A DNA stretch of 64,000 nucleotides from Eledone cirrhosa. Lineage: Eukaryota. Below, one piece after another: positions 1 to 14,218 of this stretch. Where the stretch lies: NCBI GenBank assembly GCA_964016885.1, contig OZ024742.1, positions 128,402,001 through 128,466,000 of the forward strand, given 5' to 3'. Position 1 is the first letter of the stretch, and every line of letters begins with the position of its first letter. A program made the translations under genes and the position numbers. The notes beneath the pieces were generated by a model that made no database searches, had not been told where the DNA came from, and saw nothing but the letters and a program-made list of their open reading frames with translations.

Positions 1-471
1 CTGGCTTATGCTCATACCACTTCTCAGAATGTGGTAAATTGTTTACTTTGCATAGGTGCCAGTGGATCACCCTGCCCATCATGTCTCCAGCCTTTATAGT
101 GAGTCTGGGCTAGGTGTTTACACTCGGATACAATGTGAGCCACAGTCTCCTCTCTCTCTCCACAGATCCTGCACAGTGGGCTAGCCTCCTCCTTGTAAAT
201 GTGGTGTTTCAACCACTTCGTTTTGAGGGCCTGCTCCTGCGCAGCCATTAACATTCCTTCTGTAGCCTTTTTAAGGTCTCCTCTTTTCAACCAGTTCCAT
301 GTCTGTGGATCTCTAAATTCAGTTTTCTCAAAGAAGGTACTATGAAGGGATTTTTCCTGAAGGCTGCTCTTTCTCCTTGATGTTATTTCCTCCTTGGACA
401 TCCCCTGGCCTATTGTCCCCTCCTTCAGTACAGCTCTGAGCATTGGCTCCTTACTATCAGTCACGTATTTG
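1..471 (-). mobile_element. R4/Dong-like RLE non-LTR retrotransposon, 5'-truncated fragment running off the window edge
   Basis: ORF 24..464 has EGMLMAAQEQAL, the CCHC knuckle CRICGEREETVAHIVSEC and RHD, typical of the region before the restriction-like endonuclease; abuts (TAT)n. Confidence 0.85.
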
Positions 472-1235
<764 letters not shown>

Positions 1236-1246
1236 AATTATATTTA

Positions 1247-1297
<51 letters not shown>

Positions 1298-1507
1298 GGC
1301 GACCTACGTAGTAAATCGTATCATCGTGAGCTCCGCAAAGGTTTGTTATTTCCGTTTGTTAAAAATTGCCATTTATGGAAAATTTTATTGTTAACTGTTT
1401 ATAAGCACACATACATTGTTTTCCGAAAAGGACACCCCAAAAAATTGGGGCCTTGTGCCCAAAATTTTAACTTTTATTATTATCAAAAAATTTCTTTGAA
1501 AAAAAAA

Positions 1508-3502
1508 TGGCTAATTCACCTCTGCAACAAGCAGCTGAAAGCCTTCCTCATAAATTAACACCTCACACCGACACCACCATTGTAAATGTTACTACGTTTG
1601 CCAACACAAAAAAAAAATATAAGCAGTAGCAATATTATAAATTTGTCTCAGGCAGACATTCATTTCCCGCCATTACCAATGACTGCAGGTGTTAAAGCCT
1701 CCACCACCACCACCACCACCGCGACAACCACCACCACCACCACCACCGCGACAACAGAAACAAAAGAAGAAAAAAATAAATTAACTCGTGATGTCGAAAT
1801 GAAATCAAGCAAAATGGACTCTTCCCCACCAAAGACGACTGACGTCACCACCACCACAACTGAAACTAAAATTAATATTAACGATAGCAACAACAACAAC
1901 AATGACATTATAAAACCGACCCTCAGTTTCGCCAGAGTAGCAAAACAATTCGAAGCTTGTACGGTAACTCAGGAGGATTTAGAAAATGCCAAACAAATGG
2001 TAAAGAAAGATGGGTACAGGGTCAGCCTCCCCCCCCCCCCCCACCTAATAAAATGGAGCATCGGCGCCTATGCACCGTGTCGTATAGAACAATAAATGTA
2101 AAATCGCGCCGAGTGGAATGGGCATCCGAGTCCCAAATCCAAAAAGCTTTGGGACATGTGTGGGCAAGAAAAACCCACATCAGACGTGGGCAAAAGTATG
2201 GAACCGTGGACGTGTTCTTTGAAACACCAGAGGAGGCTAGAGAACACTCCATGGCCCCATTAAAAAGTGACGACTTCACACTCGTCCCAAGCTATTGTGG
2301 CCAGAGACTCGTAAAGATCAGGGTGACCCACGTTCCACCGGCCATCGAAATTCCCTGGCTAATAGCGGCCGTCCTCGCCGGCATCGAAGCCAACACGAAA
2401 ATAATAGCAGTAGCAAAAGAAAAGCAGGAAAACTGGTCCGGATCTGGGATGGAGCTCCTGATCCAAGCGGACCAAAAAAGCATTGAGGAGATCCCAGAGG
2501 TAATAGACCTCACTGACGGCAGCCACCTCACGGTAATTGTCGAGGGCAGAAGACCTAGGTGTGTCGTTTGTGGTGAAGGAACCCACCTAAGGGCTTTCTG
2601 CCCTCAGGCTAAAAGGTTGAGGCCACCTCTCCTACCCACCCCAGTGACACAACCATCAACACCACCAGTAGCAGAGATGGCAGCAACAACTGTAGCAGCA
2701 ACAACAGAAGCAACTATAACAGCAACAACCCCAGCAACAGTAGCAAAACCAACGCCACCACCACCACCACCAGCAAAACCAACACCACCACCACCCAACG
2801 CTTCAGAACTAGCACCAGCGCCTACACCATCCACCACGCCACAACCAAAACTAACGGCTGTGGAGGATTTTCCACTCCCCGGCCTATCACAACTGGAGAC
2901 AGATTGTGACGACGAGGAGTGGGAAACGATATCCGGGAAAAAAAAAGAAACCAAAAAAGAAAAAATTCTCTTCCTTCCCCCTCCAAAAACAAAATACAGA
3001 GGGAAACAAATAAATTAAGAAACAAAAAAGTTAGGACAGATATGCCACCATCCACACCAGCATCAACAACCTCATCAACCCAAACACCAACACCATCACC
3101 ATCATTAACCCCAACACCACCATCACCTACACCACAAAAGTCACCAAAATGCGAAACAGAAACAAACCCACAACAAACGCAAACAAAACAAAACAACCAA
3201 AACGATACACACTACACAGCATTAAATTTGAACAACAAGCAATTATTACACTACATCCAACACAACACCAGCATCACAGAAAAAGACTACACAACAACCC
3301 ATAATTCACACCACCTCCACACATACAAATCACTCGCATCACACAGAAAACGTACATGACACTAAAACAAAAATTCCCCAAAGACATCGGAGACTTCCGA
3401 CAAGCACTCTCCAGGAGGATTTATAAGGACATCCTTCCTGAAGAGGCCGCAAGCAGTGAAAAGGATGGAAAAACCGTCCTTCCCCTACGAGAAGTAAGGT
3501 AA
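1508..3502 (+). pseudogene. Tx1 ORF1 (gag-like, CCHC knuckle, Pro/Thr-rich tail), broken by frameshifts
   Basis: Pieces 1586..2095, 1957..3018, 2919..3359; CVVCGEGTHLRAFC = CX2CX4HX4C; several frame changes coincide with A or C homopolymers; start and stop approximate. Confidence 0.75.
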
Positions 3503-3536
3503 GTGGTCTTTCCCATCTTTTCCACTCCTTTTCAAC

Positions 3537-6500
3537 ATGACCTCACTCAGAATAGGCAGCATAAATGCGCGTGGCTTGGGGTCGTCATGGAAGCAGGGCC
3601 ACCTGCTCAACGACCTCAGGTCACTAAACATAGATGTAGTGGCCATCAGCGAGACCAGAATCTCCGAAGCACAGGCTTTCGCACCGATCTTCGGCGGCTA
3701 CGATGTGTACGCATCTCCCAGCCGTCCGGGATCGGGGGGAGGAGTTGCTGTGCTTTTTCGGAGAGGTTTGGATCTTGCCATACGGGCCATCTTCCTGGAC
3801 CCAGAAGGTAAGTTGGTGGTGCTGGACGTGACCAGCGGAGACGGCCAAGCTTTCAGGTTAGTGACCGTCTATGCCCCGACAGGAGCAGGGCGGCCTGATT
3901 TCTTCCGGCGTCTGGAGACCTTTCTTGGAACGTCCCGCTCTTTAGTGTTAGTGGGCGACTGGAACGGGATCTTAGATGCACGCTGGGATTGTGTGGGATT
4001 AGTGGATAGGGAAGGAGGGTGCAAGAGTCTCACCAACCTGCTCAGACGTTTTGAACTGTCTGACAGGTACCGAATGGATTTCCCGAATGTACCAATGTGG
4101 ACTTGGACAAATCGCATAGGGTCATCCAGATCATATCTAGATAGAGTATTTTGTAGGGAAATAGATAGGTCTAGCATAGGCTGTCCACAATTCAAGATAG
4201 TCAGCTACACGGACCACAAATTCGTGATCTGTGTGCTTGACTTAGATAGGCTTCATAGACGAGGACCCGGCTACTGGAAGCTAAACGCGTCCTTACCAGC
4301 GCGCAAGGCCTACAGAGACCGGATTAGCGAACTAGTTAAGCGGGCGTTGACGGGGGCCATCGTCAACAACAAGTGGTGGTTTGCTCTGAAAAGAGCAATT
4401 AGAATAGAGTCCATTAGGTTTAGTAAGACTTTAGCAATAGAGAAAAATAGAGCAGAGGGAGAATTAGTTAGAAAATTAGATGAGGCGCTTAGCAAAGGCA
4501 TCGCGACCGACGTACTTGCGGCGAAATTGGCCCTTGACCAATTCTTCAATGCAAAGCACGAAGGCTGCGTTGTCAGAGCTAGGGTGCGTGCTCTCAGACA
4601 CGAGGGGACGAAAGCCGTTCAATGGGCCCGAGTGGCGGAGGCGCGTCGTGGCAACAAAGCCACGATCCGGTCTTTGGTGGACCACGACGGGCGCATGCTA
4701 CTCGATCCCGGGCAAATGTGTGAAGCTTTTCAGCGACACTTCGCTCAACTGTTCGGGGGAAGTGGCGGGCCGGATCGAGGGATGGACTTTAGTGTCTACC
4801 TCGACGGACTGCCGCGGCTTTCGGCCACTGAGGCGGAGTGCTGCGAAAAGCCGATAACAACCGCTGAAGTACGGGATGCAATGATTAGTTGCACAAGGGG
4901 TAAATCGCCTGGTTTGGATGGTCTGCCCTATGAACTTTACGTACAAATGCCAAACTTGTTCGGAGGCCTCTTGGCGGACGTCTACTGCAACTGGCAACAG
5001 AACGGGAGAATTCCCAGCTCTGTGAGCCGAGGAGCGGTGGCGCTGCTGTGAAAGGATCCGAACAAGGGGGATAACATAGATAATTTTAGGCCCATAACTC
5101 TGCTAAACACAGAGTTCAAGATTTTGGCCAAGGTGCTAGCAAAGAGGTTGGCGATTGTCGTTGGTGGTCTGGTGGGAGAGGCACAGACATGCGCCATTCC
5201 CGACAGATCCATCCACGACAACCTCCACCTCATGCGATACATCGTAGAGAGTGTAGCTAGGGAACCTGGCACGGGTGGGTCTTTGATCAATTTAGATCAG
5301 TCGAAAGCCTTCGATAGGGTCGACCATCGTTACCTAGCGGCAGTCCTGAGGGCGGCTGGCTTTGGGCTCGTCTTCAGAGGCTGGATCGCTGCCATGCACA
5401 GCGACATCTTCTCTGTAGTGAGAGTGAACGGTCACCTTTCGGAACCGTTCAACATCATGCGCTCGGTCCGTCAAGGATGTCCCCTCTCGTCCCTATTGTA
5501 CGTATTGACTTCTGAGCCATTACTGCACAAACTGGAGACGTTGAGGGGGGGGTCCCGCGCGAACTAGGATGCGGAAGATCCGTGTCAGCATATGCCGACG
5601 ATGTCACCGTAGTGGTGTCGAACGCCAAACACATCGAGGCGATCGGCACTACACTAAGAGAATACGAAGCGGTGACAGGAGCAATGATCAACCAGGAAAA
5701 GTCAGTGGACCTGCAGCTCGGCACCTGGAGAGGCAGGTCCATGCCGTCCAACAGCGTCGTCGGGCGCTGGACGGACGGACCGGTTAAATTGCTAGGGGTC
5801 TGGTTCGGTCCAGACCTCCAGACGGACAAAAACTGGGACGAGGTGACGAGCAGGGTGGCTTCTCTCACCCAGAAATGGGCCGAGAGGAAGCTATCCCTGA
5901 AAGGTCGAGCGGAGGTGGCGAATGCGTACATCGAATCCGTCATCTACTACCGCCTGACCGTCGTACCTTGTCCTAAGCCCCGCCTGACTGCGCTGGAGCG
6001 TTTGCTCTTTCGCTTCTTGTGGAAGGGACGCGCTCCGATGGTCAGGCGGTCCATCTGCTGTCAACACCCGCTACGTGGAGGGCTGGGCATGCCGTGGCTG
6101 ATGATGCGCAGACACGCGCTCAGGCTACGACATCTCCACCTCTTCCTCGACGGTGATCAGGTGTGGTCGCCGTTTGCAAGACACGTTTTTCCCCAGCTCG
6201 TCTCCTTGACGGAGCTGCAGTCCTGGGTCAAGCGAAGACCGAGAGGGAGCGCTTGGAGACTGGAATGTCTTCAGGCGCTCACAGCCCTCGACCAATCGGG
6301 CAATGTGATCGGTGGAAACTCCACCTTGGCGTTCTATAGGGGATTAGTGGAGGGGAAGAGCGACGACGTACTTGGAGAAACTCTAGGCGTCGACGAAAAT
6401 CAACTAGCCAATCTCTTCGGAAGGACTTTCGGGCCGGGGCCTATGGACAACTTCCAGAAATCCCTGGCCTGGCAGTGCTACCGAGGAGCTTTGCCAGTTC

Positions 6501-6958
6501 GGGATAAACTCTACAGGCATGGAGGTGCCGTCAGCCGGGCATGTCCGAGATGCGCGCAGGGCGACGAAACCGTCCTGCACGCACTCGTCCAGTGTCCGAG
6601 CATTGCTGACTTGTGGGTTTATGTCGAACACCTGCTGTCACGTGTAGGACCTATCCAGCTATCAGCTGAGTCCATCGTGAGGATTGCCCCGCCCCCTTCC
6701 TTTAGCCTGGAAGGGCAGGCAGTTTTTATCTGTCTGGTGGCCATGGCGAAAGAGATAGTATGGTGGACACGTTTGAAAGGGCTGAAGACGAGCACTTACC
6801 TCTTCGGTGATGCCCTGATTAACTTTTTCAAATTTCATTTGAAAAGGAAAATCAGGGTAGAGAGGGAAGTGCTCTCTTCCCAGCATTTTGTTGAAAGATG
6901 GGTGAGAGAAGCAAGTATGGCCCGAATGAATGGGCCTTCTCTGAGTATGTGTCTGTAA
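3537..6958 (+). pseudogene. Tx1 ORF2 (APE endonuclease, reverse transcriptase, C-terminal zinc finger) with one stop and one frameshift
   Basis: SINARGL/SET/GDWN/YLDR/TDHK (APE); KSPGLDGLP, DQSKAFDRVDH, VRQGCPLS, AYADD (RT); CPRC..DETVLHALVQC; TGA at 5049-5051; shift at the G run ~5545-5552. Confidence 0.93.
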
Positions 6959-7200
6959 ATTAAAGGTGGAAAACTGGGAGAGGGCACTTGCCCTGGTGGT
7001 CAGGGCCACTGTGGTCTTTTAATGGGCTTTCTCCACAAATGTCCCTTGGAAGTCTCCCCCCTATTGGGGAATTTTTCTTTGTTATTTTATTTCAACCTCT
7101 GTTTTTTTACACGCAGAAATGCCCATTTGTACCGTCCTGTATTGTCCTGTACTGTCCTTAATGTCTACTTTATGTGAACCCTTGTGGTTAATAAAGAAAA

Positions 7201-7246
<46 letters not shown>

Positions 7247-9260
7247 TTGATGCACATGTGTGAAGACGTACAAGTCTGAGGTGGAAAAGGTTTGTAACTT
7301 TAAGATGTTTTAAAGTATCACTTTTTGTATCTTCTTGTCGATAACGAAGCATAAGGTACCCTCCTTGGCTCCAAGGAGGGGAAACCTCTCAATATTCGGG
7401 CTTTAAGCCCGAATATTCAGATTTATTTTTAAAAACTCAGAAAAAAAAATCGCTTCTCCATGAAAAAAAAAAATGGAAAATTTCGACCTTCAAACAGTAA
7501 ACAACGTACAGGTCAAAAGTTCAAAAACAGCCACTGTAGATCTCACCTCAACTATTACTACAACTACTACAGACAAGCCCACCCAACTGAATATAAAAAC
7601 AAAACACAAAAGTTACCATCACAACCTTTTGTGATAGTAGCAGTACCATCTCAAAATGACATCACTACCACCACCACCACCGCCACCACCACCAATACAA
7701 CAACAATGACCATAATACCGACAGCCTCAATGTAGACATTGTAAACAATGTAAACACTGATGGCGGCGGCAACAGCAACAAACAAAACAACTCAACAACA
7801 TCAACAACAAGAGCAAGAACGACAACAACAAGAGCAACGGAGGCGCCACCTTTGCAGCGGCAGCAGCGAAAACAAAGCGGTTTTTCAAGGTAGGTATTAG
7901 CGATAAGGAACAACAGCTGGCCCAGGCGTGGAGGTTAATTAAACGAGAGAAGTCCTGGGTAAACCTGACCATCCCGGACGGGGAAATAGCAGCCATGCAA
8001 AGGAGGATGGTGTACTTTCGATGCATTTCAGTGCAGACACGCAAAGTAGAACTCGCCAGCCAAGCAGAGGTCAAGGCTGCTTTGAGGTGTATCGGAAGTG
8101 ACATCGAGTACAAAGCAAGGACCAAGCAGTTCGGTACCATCTCGGTACAGTTCAAAACCGATGCCCTTGCTATTAAGCACTCGTTGACCCTCTGCAGAAC
8201 GGAACGCATCATGCACCCGTCCCACATGGGAAAAAGGACAGTAAAGGTCAACAATTTAGTTAAGCAAAAGTTGACAGGAGGGATGATCAACAACAGAGGG
8301 TGTGTGTGTGTGTGGGGGGGGGGGCTCTCAAAAGAGAGATTAGAGTAACTTCGATAGAGTTCAGCAAAGAACTAGCGTTAGAGAAAAATAGAAAGGAGGG
8401 GGAGCTGGTAGATAAGTTAGGCGAGGCTATTTGTAGTGACATTGCAACTGACGTGCTAGCGACGAAAATGGCATTATACCATTTCTTCAATGTGAAACAC
8501 GAAGGTTGCTTTGTCAGAGCTAAGGCGCGTGCGCTGAGAAACGAGGGAACCAAAGCTGTTCGATGGGCCCGCGTAGCGGAGGCGCACCGTGGTAGTAAAA
8601 CCACAATTCGGTCTTTGGCGGACCGAGACGGACACGAGATAAGCGATTCCAAGCGGATGTGTGAGGCCTTTCGCCAGCAGTTTGCTCGGTTGTTCGGGGA
8701 GAGTGGCAGGTCAGAGAGAGTAGCGGATTTCAGTCCCTACCTTGACGGCTTGCCGCGCATCTCGACGGTCGACGCTGAGCGCTGCGAAAAGCCGATTACT
8801 TCAGCCGAAATTCGGGACGCCCTTGGCTGCATGAGGCGCAAGTCACCCGGTTTGGATAGCCTGCCCTACGAGCTTTACGTAAATATGCCAGACTTGTTCT
8901 CCGATCTCCTCGAAGCGCTCTACTGCAACTGGCAGCAGAATGGGAGTATTCCCAGTTCTGTGAGCAGGGGATTGGTGACACTGATAAGGAAAGACAAGAA
9001 CAAGAGGGATACATTAGACAACTTCAGGCCCATAACTCTGCTCAACACAGAGTTTAAGATTTTGGCCAAGGTGTTAGCAAAGAGATTGGCGCTTGTTGGG
9101 GAGGCGCAAACTTGCGCAATCCCAGCCAGGTCCATACACGACAATCTCCACCTCATGCGATACATCATAGAGAGGGTAGGGTGTAAACCTGGCTTCGGTA
9201 GGGCACTGATCAATTTAGATCAATCTAAAGCATTCGATAGGGTCGACCATCGGTATCTTA
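7247..9260 (+). mobile_element. Second, diverged Tx1 copy: 5' region and ORF1 part fused by internal deletion to mid-ORF2, 3'-truncated
   Basis: 7995..8290 resembles ORF1 of copy 1 (RKVELASQAEVKAAL vs RRVEWASESQIQKAL); 8320..9258 resembles ORF2 (HEGCFVRAKAR...DQSKAFDRVDHRYL). Confidence 0.85.
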
Positions 9261-9753
9261 TTACAGATACCACTCAGTGCACATCTAGACATATGCGCAA
9301 GTGATAAGACACCCAAATTCCAAGTCTTCCCACTTTATCTTTGCGCTGACAATACAACAGAACAAATACGAATAAATAAGGAAAATATTCAAAAATATAG
9401 ACCAGCATTAATATACATTATGTCAACACCATAACATGCTAACCATCCAAACAGACACCCGACAGAGACACACATAACACCTTCTATTTTAGAAAAACCA
9501 GAACTAAATAAACCTTAACATACGTTAATACTCTAACACCTTAACATGCTAACCATAGCCCCCCTCCACACACACATAACTCCCTCCCTCATTTCTACTA
9601 ACGGAATCATTTTCCTACACACACACACACACAAAATATATATATTCTCTCCATCTTGACATGCTAACCATACTCCCACACACACATACACACACACACA
9701 TAACACCCACACACACAACTCCCTCCCCCATTTATACTAATAGAATCATTTTC

Positions 9754-9756
<3 letters not shown>

Positions 9757-9840
<84 letters not shown>
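9757..9840. repeat. (CA)n microsatellite
   Basis: Seen directly. Confidence 0.97.
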
Positions 9841-9841
<1 letters not shown>

Positions 9842-10019
9842 GCACACAAATAAACATACATATCTCTACTTTCTTTATTTCAATAGAAAGTCTGAATTTT
9901 GACACCCCAGTACACCAGCCATATTCACTGAACCAGAACAATTCTCCCCATCCCATTTTTCTTGACCATTATCTTTTGTTTGGCACAAAATTCTCTAAAT
10001 GGCTACAAAAAAATTCCCA

Positions 10020-10400
10020 AATACGGGCGCGAAATTTAATGTACTTGTTCACGTGACAGTCATAATTTCATTTATAACCAATCAAATTACATTTATAACA
10101 AAAAACCTTCGTGAGCCACTTTTTTTTAAAGTAAAAAGAAATTCAAACACAAACTGGCGCGAAAGCTGATGTGCTTATTCACGTGACTGCATCAACCAAC
10201 CAAACTTCACTCATATATGAAAAAATAACCTGAGCCCCCTCCCCTTTTTTTAAAGACAGATATAATAAGAACTTTGTAACGCGAATTGGCGCGAAATTTA
10301 TTATACTTATTCACCAACCAACCAAATTACTTCTCTAAAAACCTAGCATTTCGAGCCACTTTTTTTCCATATAAAACAGAAGTAACATTCAAACACCAAC
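10020..10400 (+). repeat. Three diverged ~130-bp tandem units (GGCGCGAAA...CACGTGAC...CCAATCAAATTAC...GAGCCACTTTTTT)
   Basis: GGCGCGAAA at 10026, 10156, 10288; related sequence on the minus strand near 49385-49450. Confidence 0.7.
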
Positions 10401-10538
10401 CAGATGTGAGAAAACCACAAACCCTCCATCTCAATTCTACTTTTGAAAAGCACAAGAACTGCAAAACCAGTTAAGGAACCAAATAAATATATTTAAAAAG
10501 AAAAAGACTCCAGTTGCATTTCCGATTTCATCTTTTTT

Positions 10539-10541
<3 letters not shown>

Positions 10542-10634
<93 letters not shown>

Positions 10635-10709
10635 GTACCTTCATGGGTACCTTCATGAATAGAGAGAGAGAAAGATAGAGGAAAAAAGATGGTGGTTGTA
10701 GGAGAGTAG

Positions 10710-10756
<47 letters not shown>
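10542..10756. repeat. (AT)n and (GA)n microsatellites
   Basis: Seen directly. Confidence 0.95.
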
Positions 10757-10763
<7 letters not shown>

Positions 10764-11009
10764 GGGGGGGGGCTGGCTGTGTTGTTGAATGAAATTATAA
10801 TAGGTGACTTCAAAGAATTGAATACAGCATTAGTGTATCTAGCTCGAATTTGGTGACTGAATATTAAGTCATATGTATCATATAACTTGTGTTAGGACAG
10901 GATGTGTGTAGGGGATATTTCCTGCTAAATAGGAAGGGTTTCTAAGTGATTATGTGCTTGGTTGTATTAAATTACAGACAAGCACACAATCACAGAGTTT
11001 TAGTAGTAT

Positions 11010-11097
<88 letters not shown>

Positions 11098-11874
11098 TGG
11101 GTTGTGTACTTTTTATAGTGCATGCAGCTCAGGGCAAGGTAAGAAGTGTAAGCTATAAGGAGCTGAGAGGCAGAAGGGAGAATATAATAAGATACAATAA
11201 ACAAAATAAAACTTATTTAAAAAATGGTATACGTTTTGTGTTTTATTGTTTGTTTTTGTAAATATATCATCATCATCATATATATAAATCAGCATGTGTA
11301 TTTTTATTTTTAGAATACATCAGCCATTGAAAATTTTGAAAATAGAATTATAAGTGTTCGTTTTATTTTGACAACAGAAAATAGTCTAATAACAGGGCAT
11401 ATAAGCCCCTATAATAATTGGCATCACCCACCTATTGCCACTTATCCATGACATTATACTTATACTGCTTACCTCCCCATACACTTTCTGCTGCTCCATA
11501 TAGTGTAGGGAGGGCTATTCATTCAAATCTATAACTTGGGCCACCATAAAATACACCCAATATTCTTTGTAAGGTATTTGGTGTTAGGAAAAGTTTCCAG
11601 CTGTAGAAATCATGTCAAAAAGGATTTGGAGGATCCTTAAGTCACCATGAAGCAACCTTTCTATTGCTGGTGCCATGAAACATACACTCAGTACACTTGT
11701 AAGGTGGTTGATAATAAGAAGGGCTTCAAACTGTATCAAGAAGACTCTTCAGTTATGTCAAGAGTACGATAACCTGTCTAGTATTGCTGACATAACAAAA
11801 TACACTCTGAGCTCTCCATAGAGTGATTAATTGATAAAGCTAGGGCATCCAGCCATAAACATCCTGGTAACAAA

Positions 11875-11913
<39 letters not shown>

Positions 11914-12233
11914 TTCATTATATAAAGCTAAATAGTGAGTCTTGTTTATCATAGGGTCATCAGATAAAAACGGTATTGAGTACTCTTTTCTCTCAACCGT
12001 CAACCACATATGGATATATGAATATATATATATATATATATAAGTAGTAACACAGCAATTAGTTCACCATACCGAGAACAATTGTTTCACCTTATGCGGA
12101 CCCTTCAGCAGTCCGAGCTGAAGACAATTGTTTTCGGTATGATGAACTAACTGTTGTGTTACCACTTCTACCAAACTCGCCCCGTGGACTGAATGTTCTA
12201 CCACTACGTATACTATCTTCCAGTGTCCTACCC

Positions 12234-12364
<131 letters not shown>

Positions 12365-12389
12365 TAAAATCCCGACCGCAGCGCCAAGC

Positions 12390-12525
12390 GGTTTCAGCTT
12401 GTGTTGTTAAAGAGTTTGCTTTGCAACTATGTGGCTTCAGATTCAGACCTACTGCATGGCATCTTGTCCAAATGTCTTGTAGTATAGTCTTGGCTTGACC
12501 AATGCCATCTGAGGGAAATTTGTGA
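12390..12525 (+). mobile_element. Degenerate tRNA-derived SINE followed by a TG-rich tail; related minus-strand fragment at ~14040-14180
   Basis: tRNA-like head remnant, then ...tgtcttgtagtatagtcttggcttgaccaatgcc body; reverse-complement match at 14085-14150. Confidence 0.55.
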
Positions 12526-12534
12526 TGTGGCTGT

Positions 12535-12623
12535 CATATGTGTATGTGTATGTCTATGTGTGTGTGTAGGTGTGTATGTCTATGTGTATGTGTGTGTGTA
12601 TATGTATGTGTATGTGTATGCCA

Positions 12624-12654
<31 letters not shown>

Positions 12655-12794
12655 GTGTGTGTGTATGTGTATGTCATATGTGTATGTGTATGTGTCTGTC
12701 ATGTGTGTATGTGTATGTGTCTGTCATGTGTGTATTATGTCATGTGTATGTGTGTGTGTGTCTGTCATGTGTGTATGTGTCTGTCATGTGCGTA

Positions 12795-12825
<31 letters not shown>

Positions 12826-12938
12826 GTCATGTGTGTATGTGTGTGTTTATGTGTATGTGTGTGTATGTGTCTGTGTATGTGTGTGTGTCTGTCATGTGTG
12901 TATGTGTCTGTCATGTGTGTATGTGTATGTGTATATCA

Positions 12939-12989
<51 letters not shown>

Positions 12990-12993
12990 GTCA

Positions 12994-13024
<31 letters not shown>

Positions 13025-13030
13025 CTATGT
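12535..13030. repeat. Degenerate (TGTATG/TG)n low-complexity tract
   Basis: Seen directly. Confidence 0.95.
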
Positions 13031-13574
13031 CCCATATGTTAGCAATTCGACAACAGACTTGAAAAACTAGTACTGGTATTGATAGGATTGATAAACCCCT
13101 TTCAATATGTGTGTGTACACACACACACACACACACATACACACATACAGACACACACATACACATACATGCACACACACACACATACACATATATTCAG
13201 TATTTCAATAACGTTCTTTAAATCACTTCACTCTAGTTTCAAAGGAACATTAGATAACATAATATCCAGTATTGAAATAACTTTTTACTCTACTTTCAAA
13301 AGGACCGTGTGACGGTGTGTCCAGTTTTGAAATAAGGATTCTTAAAATCTGAAGTAACATGTTTATTGCTTAGTTCTGAGAAGAAAGAGGAGTGCCCATT
13401 ACCCATTTCAATGTCTCTTGCTCAGAGAAAGAATTTATTTCACGTTGCTCCAGTTTACTCAGCTGTAGAAATGAGATGGTAGGACTGGTGTCCCTATCAT
13501 TAAAATCACCCAAGACACCGCCAACGAGATATACCTTGGAGGAGGCCAGCTAAACCTGCATAGGTGTGAGCTGT

Positions 13575-13684
<110 letters not shown>

Positions 13685-13779
13685 TTCAATGCCTTTGAGA
13701 CTGGTATAGGGGATGTTATTCTCAAACCAGAGACCTGGCTCGAATATTTGCAACAAAATGCTAAAGATACCTTAGTATC

Positions 13780-14035
13780 AGTTTCTGGTGTTAAATTGGG
13801 AAACATATGAAGTCTTTTAACAAGAACGGGAAGTGCTCAGTTTATGGTGCTAAATTGAGTGACAGATTAAGTCTTTCACTCAAGAAAGGAGGTGGCTGAG
13901 TTTGTGGTATTAAATTGGATGACAGCTGACGTTTTTTACTTAAGAACGGGAAGTGCTCAGTTTGTGGTATTAAATTGGGTGTCAGATTAAATCTTTTAAG
14001 CAAGAACGGGAGGTGCTCTATTTGTGGTGCTAAAT
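13780..14035. repeat. 60-bp minisatellite, ~4 copies
   Basis: AAGAACGGGAAGTGCTCAGTTT..GGT..TAAATTG recurs at 13822, 13882, 13942, 14002. Confidence 0.9.
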
Positions 14036-14218
14036 ATAATCAGGAGCTGGACCTCTGATGTGCTTCTATATGGAACTTCACTTACAATGCTTTTGTTGAC
14101 CCTAAGCTATGGTAGATACATGTTCAAGATGCTGAGTAATGAGAATCAAACCAGCACCATTTAATTGTGAAATGAGTTGGTATGTCAAGTAACAACCATA
14201 TACTTGGGAATGAGTCCC

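Larger units (their letters stand above)
1298..7201 (+). mobile_element. Near full-length Tx1-clade (L1 group) LINE flanked by (TAT)n tracts
   Basis: ORF1 with zinc knuckle, ORF2 APE-RT-CCHC, 3' UTR ending TAATAAAGAAAA; TAT repeats at ~1250-1297 and 7202-7246. Confidence 0.93.

Noticed and set aside
12527-13070. Cys/Val/Met/Tyr-rich ORFs here, and similar poly-YI, poly-H or poly-S ORFs elsewhere
   Set aside because: Translations of microsatellites
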